From the NCBI RefSeq assembly GCF_009914755.1, contig NC_060927.1: a DNA stretch of 64,000 nt; one strand, given 5' to 3'. The stretch comes from the human T2T-CHM13v2.0 reference genome, Homo sapiens. A program made the position numbers and the translations under genes. A model generated the notes under the pieces. It did not search any database. It saw nothing but the letters and a program-made list of their open reading frames with translations, and was not told the DNA's origin. Positions 40,526 through 49,782 of the stretch are shown piece after piece (positions within the stretch are counted from its first letter, which is position 1; each line of letters opens with the position of its first letter).

Positions 40526-41329
40526 GCCGGGCGCGGTGGCTCACACCCGCAACCCCAGCACTCTGGGAGGCCGAGGCGGGTGGCTTCCCTGAGCTCGGGA
40601 GTTCGCAGCCAGCCTGGGCAACACGGCCAAACCCCGTCGCTACTAAAATGCAAAGGACCAGCCGGGCGCGATGGCGGGCGTCTGTGGTCCCAGCCAGCGG
40701 CGAGGCTGAGGCGCGGGAACTGCGTGACCCCGGAGGCGGAGGTCGCAGTGAGCAGAGGCCGCCGCACTCCAGCCCGGGCGACGGAGCGGCGAGGCTGAGG
40801 CGCGGGAACTGCGTGACCCCGGAGGCGGAAGTCGCAGTGAGCAGAGGCCGCCGCACTCCAGCCCGGGCGACGGAGCGGCGAGGCTGAGGCGCGGGAACTG
40901 CGTGACCCCGGAGGCGGAAGTCGCAGTGAGCAGAGGCCGCCGCACTCCAGCCCGGGCGACGGAGCGGCGAGGCTGAGGCGCGGGAACTGCGTGACCCCGG
41001 AGGCGGAGGTCGCAGTGAGCAGAGGCCGCCGCACTCCAGCCCGGGCGACGGAGCGGCGAGGCTGAGGCGCGGGAACTGCTTGACCCCGGAGGCGGAGGTC
41101 GCAGTGAGCAGAGGCCGCCGCACTCCAGCCCGGGCGACGGAGCGGCGAGGCTGAGGCGCGGGAACTGCGTGACCCCGGAGGCGGAAGTCGCAGTGAGCAG
41201 AGGCCGCCGCACTCCAGCCCGGGCGACGGAGCGGCGAGGCTGAGGCGCGGGAACTGCTTGACCCCGGAGGCGGAGGTCGCAGTGAGCAGAGGCCGCCGCA
41301 CTCCAGCGCGGGCGACGGAGCGAGACTCC
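40526..41329 (+). mobile_element. GC-hyper-enriched Alu carrying an internal tandem array
   Basis: Starts GCCGGGCGCGGTGGCTCAC, has a left arm, linker and right arm, and ends AGCGAGACTCC; substitutions against consensus are mostly A/T to G/C. Confidence 0.95.
40696..41318 (+). repeat. Alu-right-arm minisatellite: 7 x 89 bp
   Basis: Units start at 40696, 40785, 40874, 40963, 41052, 41141 and 41230. Only 3 variable positions; 68/89 G+C and 12-13 CpG per unit. Confidence 0.98.
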
Positions 41330-41559
41330 TCGCGGGCAGCGGGGTAGTGGGGGCGGGGGGGGGCGCGGGGCAGGGCTTGGGGGAGGCCAAAGGCGACCTC
41401 TGAGCTCTTGTCCTTACCCTGGGAGAGTATGGAACTCAGAGAAATCATCTGACCCGGGTAATGTATGACAACAAGCAGGAAAGCTTTGCTTGAGAAAAAA
41501 AATGTCTTGTTTTAAATGCTGAGGCTTTGGGACCACAGTTTCATGATGAACAAACATTC

Positions 41560-41780
41560 ACTGAACCCCCTACCTTATGCCAGAGGCTTTTCCATAATTA
41601 TCTCCTTTAATTGTCACAAAAAAACTCGGCAAGTGTCAGAGTTATTGCCATGCTACAGAAGAAACATCGAGACTTAGAGAGGTGGGACAGCTTTGCCGAG
41701 ACCACACTGAAGAGCGTGGTAAGTGGCAGAAGAGACCTTAAGAGCCAGCTTTGTTCAGCCTGCAGGATGCTCTCTCCACC
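41560..41780 (-). mobile_element. MIR (CpG-retaining)
   Basis: TATGCCAGAGGC...CAGAAGAAACATCGAGACTTAGAGAGG...CTTTGCCGAGACCACAC...GGTAAGTGGCAGA. Confidence 0.6.
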
Positions 41781-42444
41781 TGCGACTGGCAGGTTAAGAA
41801 GACCCTGGGTCTGAGATGGTGATCGGCAGGCAGCCAGTGAATAGGCTCTGCTCACTATCGGGTGGTCACTAACCATATCCAGGAGCCAAAGCAGGGAGCT
41901 GGTAGCTTGGGAGCAGGGACATCACTTCTGACAGCAATGGGATGCTGAATAAATCAGTTATTGAACTAAAGAATAGAGAAAGAGAGAGAGAGAGCATGTA
42001 ACATAAAAGTCTCCTCTTTTGTGATCTTAATAAGATAAATGTTTCATTGTTCTCACCTCTGATTGGGGCCTATTTTCAACAACAAAAGAACTGCTTTGGA
42101 ACTATGACTATTCTGCTGATTAGACAAACTAGGTTCATTAGAAAGATCAAACAGAAAAGTTACAGAGAAAACAGAATTTACCAGCATAGTTCAGACTCAG
42201 GGGCTTACCACGGTTTCATTTTCTCCATAAGTGGATTCTTGAAACAGCAAAGAATTCTTTTCTGTCATCACCCCTCATGTTCTCTAAAGTAGAAACTGGG
42301 AATGCGTTGCTGTAATTGTGTTCATGGCATCTTTGTAATTTTCCAGGCCTTAAATGAGCCAGTCCAAAAGCAATACTGGTTCAGGCAAAATGAAACTTAG
42401 CCTTCCAAGAATACATATTTGGTAAAGGCTGAGCTGATTTTAAT

Positions 42445-42675
42445 AGCTAATATTTATTGAGTGCTATTTCTGATGGTTATATGCAGTATTTCATTAAATC
42501 CTAATTCATTTTTAGACAGTAACACTGTTATTATCCCTATTTTACCAAAAAGGAAGCTGAGGCTCAGAAAGGTTACGTAATTTGCTATAAGTCATAGAAC
42601 TCACCAGTGTGAGGATTGTCACCACTGACCCTTTTACTCAAGAGCTTTGACGCGTAACCATTACACCATGCTGTC
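42445..42675 (-). mobile_element. MIR
   Basis: ATCCCTATTTTACCAAAAAGGAAGCTGAGGCTCAGAAAGGTTACGTAATTTGC. Confidence 0.75.
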
Positions 42676-43440
42676 TTCCTTAGAGAACATCTTGTTATCA
42701 TGAAAAAAGTTATTTTCTTTCTCTGGCCCGTTAAAACAATACAAAAATCTATATCAATGGCATTTGCAATGCACCAGATACTTTTACCCTTTTCATTCTT
42801 TCACTAACAAAAAATTGATAGCAAATGTAAGCCCATGTATTTATGAAGGCAGTTGGTTCCTGCTCACTTCATTTTACCATTTGCTTTCACTTGAAGAAAG
42901 GAATAACTGAGAGCAACCTTTACTGCTATAATTGGATTTTTGTCATCAGATATGGTTTGGTTCAATTGTATCTTAGGAGAAATAATACACATTTGGGGTT
43001 TAGTTTATAGAATCTATTTTCTGTAACCTTAGAAGTCTTAAATTTTATCTAGGAATGCATTATATTCAACACTTTCAACTTGCATGTAACCTGCTAGGGG
43101 GAAAAAAAGGCTAATTTAAGAAGATCTTTCTAATCTTGTCTTCCAACCTTCACAGTGAACATACCCATCTGAAATTTGCATTTTTTGTCATCTTGAACTT
43201 TGCATAAAACTTCTAAAAATGTTCTTATCTATGAACTGCAGGAACCTGAAGAATAATTTTGTCTCCAAAATAGTTACTGGAGCACTTCCATGTTCTTTGT
43301 GTTGTTGAGAAATTTTTTTTTTTAATGTATGCAGTTTTTAAAAAAATCTTTGTTTAAGGCCCTAAATATCATACATCTGGGATTCGATGAACAAGAGTTT
43401 GGGGAAAACCATTTATTATTATTATTATGCAGCTCATATT

Positions 43441-43753
43441 ATAATTTTTTAATTTAACTTTTATTTTAAGTTCAGGAGTACATGTACAGGTTTGTTATAC
43501 AGGTAAACATATGTCATGGGGTTTTGTTGTACCAATTATTTTGCCAACCAGGTATTAAGCCCTAGTACCTATTAGTTATTTTGCCTCATCCTCTCCCTCC
43601 TCTCACCTTCCAGCCTTTGATAGGCCTCAGTGTGTGTTGTTCCCCTTTATGTGTCCATGTGTTCTCATCATTTAGCTCCCACTTATAAGTGAGAACATGT
43701 GGTATTTGGTTTTCTGTTCCTGTGTGAGTTTGCTAAGGATAAGGGCCTCTAGC
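43441..43753 (-). mobile_element. L1PA13-like 3' end fragment
   Basis: TTTTATTTTAAGTTCAGGAGTACATGTACAGGTTTG...GCTCCCACTTATAAGTGAGAACATGTGG; degenerate TSD ATGCAGCTCATATT/ATGGAGCTTATATT. Confidence 0.88.
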
Positions 43754-44304
43754 ATGGAGCTTATATTTTAAAGAAAACTGATGAGTTGGCCCCAGTTGTG
43801 GAATGAAGAGTTTTCAGCTTGTGTTGGGAACCAAAAAGGCTGTTAAGTGTAGTTCAAGAGTTAAAACAAGGCAGGGTAATAGAACATTTTACCGATGGCT
43901 TACTAGTTTCTAGTAAAAATGAAACTCATCCCCTAACTGTGGAAATTCAACGTAACTGTGGAGTCTCATAAAATTATACTGTGAGCTATTATGACAAACC
44001 CAAAAGGAAACAATATGCAATTTAAGAAACATATTCTGAATATACTTTTTAAGAAAAATCTAAATTCTTTAAAAATGGTGTGACAATCAGCAGAAGGAAT
44101 TATGGTAGATTCTTCTAGTAATAGAAAATAGTATTTCTATTATTAGGCAACAAACAGTTTTGTGGATTTGTATTATCCATCTCAAGAATTTTCATAAAAG
44201 CCTGATTTTCTTTTGCTTTTTAAAAATGTCCTATCCTGACTGACCCTCTTAAGGTCAGACTTGAAGAACAAGCTTCTTACTTGATACTCCTTAAGTGTCT
44301 AAAA

Positions 44305-44465
44305 CAGTGTTTATAAACTTTCATCTACATGTGAATTACCAGAGTGCATTGTTAAAATGCAAATGCTGATTCAACTGAGATGGGGCCTGAGATTTAGCAT
44401 TTCCAGCAAGCTTGCCTGGGATGCCCTCACTGCTGGCGGGCAGACTTCACTTTGTGTGGCAATGC
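44305..44465. mobile_element. MER5-like hAT element
   Basis: TTGTTAAAATGCAAATGCTGATTC...GATGGGGCCTGAGATTTAGCATTTCCAGCAAGC. Confidence 0.65.
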
Positions 44466-44499
44466 AGGGGAGCCCTGACAATTCCAGCCTTGCCTTCCC

Positions 44500-45870
44500 T
44501 CTTTGTTCCTATTCGATCCATCCACAAACCTATTGGCTCTGCCCTCAAAATCTATCCAGAATATAATCACTTCTCACCCGACTGCATAGCTAAGACCTCA
44601 AGCCAAGCCACCATCATTCCCTTCCTAATCTCTGCCTTGGCTTCCTAAATGACATCTGTCATTGACTGTTGCCCTTGAAGAATATTTTTCACACGAACGG
44701 CAGAGAGATCTTTCTCCAAACATAAATTAAATCAAACCTATTCCTTATTATTTCCTAATTGTTTCCCAGCCCATTAATACCCAAACCTAAACTGTTTGCC
44801 ATCAATAAGACCCTCCCTTATCTGACCTGTTTCCTGTTCCACCTTGTCTGCTACTTTTCTCTGATTTTCACTCCATTTCAGCCAGACCAGCTGACATGTT
44901 ATTCCTTTAAAACACCATGTGCATTCTTACCTCAGGGCCTTCGTATTTGCTCTTCCTTCTTTCTGGAAAGTACATTCTATAAATCTTTGAATGACTCCTT
45001 ACCTGATGCCATTCAGGTCTCTATTCCAATATCTGCTCTTGAAATAAACCTCCCCATACCCTGTTTACAATACTGCCCCAGTTATTATGGATGTGTAGCT
45101 GAAAAAGTTTAGTGGTTTAAAACAAAAATATTTATTTTGCTTTTCAATTTGCAGTCTGAGCAGGGCTTGGTGGGAACAGCTCTTTTCTGCTCCACTCAAC
45201 TTTGGCTGAGGAAGGTGGCTAAAAGGCTGGGGAATGGAATCATCTGAAGGCTCACTCACCCACAAGCCTGACACCTGGACTGAGAAGACTCAATATCTGG
45301 GGCTCCTCAAGCATCTGTCTGTGTCTCTATGTGGCATCACGTCAGGGTCTCTTTATCATAGTTGCTTCAGGTTAGCCAGACTCCAGGATCACAGGTGGAG
45401 AGGCAGAGAGGAGAGGAGAAAGAGACACAGAAAGAAAAAGAGAGACAGAGTACTAGGTGGAAGCCAAATGGCCATTTGTGACTCAGCTTTGGAAGTTACT
45501 CATACAGTATCACCTCTGCTTTCTTCTTGCCTGCCAAGTTCTATTAGTTGGAGGCAAGTCACTAAGGATGGCCCACATTCAAGGAAAAAGGAATTAAATT
45601 CCACCTTTTGGAGGAGGAATGCCAAAGAATTTGAAAACATTTTGCAAAACCCATCACATGGTCCAACTGTTCAACCAAGATTCTGCCTTATTTTTCTTCC
45701 TAGTGCTGATCACATGGATCTCTTGTCTGTTCCTCCTACTGGAAATGTTAAGTCCCATGAGAGGAGGGACTTGGTCTTCTTTACTGCTGCTTCACCAGTG
45801 ACTCAAAACTGCTGGGCAAAGAGTAGACATTCACAAGTACTGGTTGGGTCAATTTATTTATTTAATGAAC
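44500..45870. mobile_element. L2 remnant interrupted by an MLT1 LTR (~45080-45655)
   Basis: L2-like CCCTCAAAATCTATCCAGAAT, CCTCAGGGCCTTCGTATTTGCTC and ATGTTAAGTCCCATGAGAGGAGGGAC; MLT1-like TTAGTGGTTTAAAACAA...GCAGTCTGAGCAGGGC. Confidence 0.65.
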
Positions 45871-46409
45871 CTGTTTTCTCTGCAGAACTCAGTTCAATTC
45901 CTGCTTAATAATATTACTAATGAATTAATATATGAAATCTTCTTAGAATAATGCAGGGCCCCGTGGTCTGTGCTCAGTTAATTCTAGGAACTGTCCCTAA
46001 TAAGAGCTAACATAGATAGTGTGTTTAGTATCCACTGAGCTCCTCATGTAGGTTACTTTTTTTAATCTCCCAGGAAATCCATGAGATGATACTGTGATTA
46101 CACCCTTACTTCACATAGCTACTTAGTGACTGGAACTCAGAACCGATCCTGCCTAATTCCAAAGTACAAGCTCTCATTCTTCCTCTATGGTGCATTTTGA
46201 TCATTTATATGGGCAAGGTGGAAAGTAAGTGATTTTTGGATTAAGACACAGAGCCTTATCCTGGCTCTTCTATTTCACCTCTTTTAGCCTCAGTTTTCCC
46301 ATTTGTAGAATGGGGATGATAATGATATCTATCTGAGAGGGCTAGTGTACAATTCAAATGTGAGCTACATCTGTGAGTGGCTTGCCAATAATATACTGCT
46401 AAAGGAATA

Positions 46410-46780
46410 TGTTAAAATAATTGGTTGAGAGGCCATTAGGCTGAGGCAGCTCCAGCACTCTGGGTTCTGTCTAAGCAAGTTGAAACCTGATTCACTGGAA
46501 ATAGTAAGACAAAACTTAAGCTTAACCAGTCAGAAGCTGCCAAATAAGCTCTCAATAGGAACTTTCCACTTGAATGATTCAAATAAGGCCACTGCTCCAC
46601 TTCAACCAGTGAAGTATTTTCTTTGCCTTGTTTCCACATTCACCCTGTAAAAGCCTGTAACTCATACTCCTGTTGGTGGAACCCCCAACCACCTGTGGTC
46701 TGGAATTGCCTGATTTATAAATTGCTGTTAGCTCAAAGAAACTGTTTGTATTTTAATGTGCTTCAGTTTATCTTTTAACA
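46410..46780 (+). mobile_element. LTR37-like ERV1 solo LTR
   Basis: Perfect 8-bp inverted termini TGTTAAAA...TTTTAACA; GAGGCCATTAGGCTGAGG as recalled for LTR37. Confidence 0.78.
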
Positions 46781-47711
46781 GTAAAATATAATCTTTAATA
46801 TTTTACTATGTATCCTAATCATTGCTATAGAAATCTGTATGCATATTTTATTCTAATTTTAAGTTTTTGGTTCCTAGTATAAGATTGACTGTACTTGTCT
46901 ATCTCAGTGTCTTAGACAGAACAAGGTTTTGGTAATCATTTCAGGAATTAATGGGTAATTCCAACACTCATGGTGTGAAGAGTGCCCCTAAAATTAAGAA
47001 AAAATGCATATTCTTTATATTTATTTGAAACAAATTATCTCAAATTCTTTCAGAAGTGAATAGATCAACTGTTAAAAAGTACAAAAACAATTGGCTTACT
47101 CTGCATGGAATCATGAAAGTGTGAAGATGGAAAAGAACAGAGGCATAGTTCAAAATCCTGATAAATCACTTAATAGAAAGGACAATTTTGTAAATGTTTT
47201 TATTTTAAACTTTCACTTCCTCACATGTAAAATGAAGTTGATAGTACTAACCTCATATGTTGGATTAAATGGTATAATGTAAATAGATGTACTTTGCAAT
47301 ATGTAAGTTATTGCATAAATATAAGGCATCATCATCTATTTCTTATAAGTCTAGGCTAATTTCTACTTATCTTAGAAAATGAATATTACCCTGGGGATTC
47401 TTCGAAGAAGTAACTAAACATCATTTTAGAAATTCCTGAAAACATGTATTTTAAAATTATAAAAATGAAATAGTGAAGCTTATTAATGGAATAAATGCTT
47501 TTGCTTTTCATTGTAAAGAAAATTGTTCTGATATGAATATATTGCCCACAAGTGCTGTAATGGAGGCCTTGCAAATCCTTGATATTTTATTCTTTCTTAA
47601 GTGTACCAGGTAAAAATAAGGGATGCCCTGGGATGAATTCTGCAAATTTTCTCCCAAGTATCATCCTCCAGCTGATTCCCACTCAAAGATATTTGATTTT
47701 GTTTGGGATAA

Positions 47712-48061
47712 TGTCTTAATTTGGGCTTCTATAACAAATTACCATAGACTGGGTGGCTTAAACAATAAACATCTATTTCTCACAGTCGGGAGGCTGGAAA
47801 GTATAACATCAAGGGACTGGCAGATCCAGCGTCTGGTGAGGGATGCTTCCTGGTTTGCAAATGGCCATCTTCTCATTGTATCCTCACATGGCAGAGAGTA
47901 GAGAGAGCAAGAGCAAGCTCTGGTGTCTTCTTTTAGAAGGGTTCTCTTCTCATGGCCTAATCACTTTTCAAAGGCCCTACCTCCTAATACCATCATATTG
48001 TGGGGTAGGATTTCAACCTATGAATTTGGGGGATGAGAATACAAACATTCGGTCCATAGCA
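47712..48061 (-). mobile_element. MLT1A0-like LTR
   Basis: TGTCTTAATTTGGGCTTCTATAACAAATTACCATAGACTGGGTGGC...ACAAACATTCGGTCCATAGCA. Confidence 0.85.
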
Positions 48062-48860
48062 TGATCAGCCCCAAAGGCCAGTGTGTGATACATTTTCGTT
48101 AATTGTGCGTATGCTAGTTTTTTTTTTTTTTGCAAAACACATGTTTTCCTAGTCATGCATAGCTGGAATAGACCTTGTAATAAAATTTTGTCAGTGAAGT
48201 GTAAGTGGAGGTTTGCCAAGGGACTTCTGAGGAGGGGACACTTTCTGATAAGAACCACACTTAAGAAATCTCAATAGCTATGCTCCTTTCCATTCCTTCC
48301 TCGTTGAGACATCAATGACTCTCTAACATTTGTAACCATGAGGAATGGACTAAGAAAATAGAAATATCTCTTTATGTAATGGAATCCTGATGTAATTGAG
48401 CCTTTCAATAACCCTTGTACTATCTATCTACCTACTTACTATCTTTAGTAAATAATAAAAATTCTGTGATTAAGGCCACTGTAGTTATTTGGTTGCTGTT
48501 GTGGTTACTTGGAGATGACTGCATATTAACTGATATATGCTATAGTATCTCTCTAGGAAAGAGTAATCATAAAGCAAGGGATTTCTGTACTGTGTTAAAA
48601 TAGTTTGATTCTAGCAAAAGTTGAAATAAAGAAAAACATATAATCTCTACAACAAAAAATATTGCTCCATAAAAATATTTTACATGAAGACTCTGTGAGT
48701 CCCTAAATAACTTCAGAAATTAGAAATTCTAATTTCTCTGAGATTTTCTTCATTCTTTGGCCAGACAAACAGCATCCCAGAGAACTTCTTTTTCTCATTA
48801 AAATATGAATAAAATTTCACTAGTTAAGTATGGTATGACCAATTAAAAATAAGAACAATG

Positions 48861-48947
48861 TGCAGTGAGCTGAGATCGTGCCACTGCACTCCAGCCTGGG
48901 GCAAAGAACAAGACTCTGTCTCAAAAAAAAAAATAAATAAAATAAAT
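48861..48947 (+). mobile_element. Severely 5'-truncated Alu with tail and TSD
   Basis: TGCAGTGAGCTGAGATCGTGCC...TCTC-An; TSD AAAATAAGAACAATG (48846-48860) / AAAATAAAAACAATG (48948-48962). Confidence 0.92.
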
Positions 48948-49450
48948 AAAATAAAAACAATGAAAATAACAATTTTCAGATTACTGTTCATCAAACATAC
49001 TAACTTACCGGTTTTGTACTCTGGTCAATGCTATTTAAAAATTCCTTCGTTTTGAAAGATTTTTCTCCTTCAAGTTCTCTGAAGGGACTGAAAGTTCAAG
49101 GCATCTGGATTTAAGAGAGTTAAAAATTGGATGGCAAAGTGACCCCAAAAAAGTTAGAAACAAGATTAAGATTTTGATAACCCAAATTAGGGAGTTAGGC
49201 ATCATCTTTCATAGGAGCAATAATGAGACATTGCATTATCTTATTCAGGGAGAGATTTTAATGTGATGAACATATTAAAGGAACCATGCTGGCCACAGGA
49301 TAAAAAGTCATCTAGATGGGGCGAGTTAGGGAAAAGTGACCACTCGGTTGTTGTCATAATTTGGGCAAGATAGTGATAACCTAAATGTGGTACTAGAAAG
49401 TGAACTGGCAACAAGTGCAACAATTACAGGCATTAAAAAAAAAGGATATA

Positions 49451-49782
49451 CAATCATCCCTTGGTATCCATGGGGATTGGTTCCAGTAACCCTGCAGATA
49501 ACAAAATCCAAGGATACTGAAGTCCCTGATATAAAATGGTGTAGTCTTTGCCCATAATGTATCTCTCTTCGTGTGTTTAAAATCATCTCTAGACTACTTA
49601 TTATGCCTAATGCTATGTAAATGCTATGTAAATAGTTTGTATACTCTATTTTTTAAATTTGCATTTTTATTGTTATATTGCTGTTTTTTATTTTTATTTT
49701 TCATATATTGATCTACAGTTGGTTGCATCTGCAGATGTGGAGACAGTGGATACAGAATCTGCTGATAATGGAGGGCTCACTG
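49451..49782 (+). mobile_element. MER2
   Basis: TA-CAATCATCCCTTGGTATCCATGGGGATTGGTTCCAG...GAGGGCTCACTG-TA. Confidence 0.88.

Larger units (their letters stand above)
40526..41400. promoter_or_regulatory. Orphan CpG island with a GC box (GGGGCGGGG, 41350-41358) and a G-quadruplex-type tract (41334-41383)
   Basis: ~870 bp of very high GC and CpG in an otherwise CpG-poor window; seven G-runs of 3-9 nt. Promoter activity is inferred. Confidence 0.7.

Noticed and set aside
40567-40580. PRDM9 13-mer CCNCCNTNNCCNC in the left arm
   Set aside because: The minus strand reads CCGCCTCGGCCTC, which mismatches the central T, and this site is common to Alus.
40696-41318. CRISPR-like array
   Set aside because: The units are contiguous with no unique spacers, they are Alu-derived, and the context is eukaryotic with no cas genes.
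40526-41330. ADAR hyper-edited retrocopy as the cause of the substitutions
   Set aside because: Editing gives only A>G on one strand. Here T>C, A>C and T>G changes are also common.
40526-41400. SVA/LAVA composite element
   Set aside because: There is no (CCCTCT)n hexamer, SINE-R or poly(A). The repeat unit is Alu right-arm sequence, not the SVA VNTR.
45234-45908. 224-aa ORF
   Set aside because: It lies across MLT1 and L2 remnants, with no recognisable domain.
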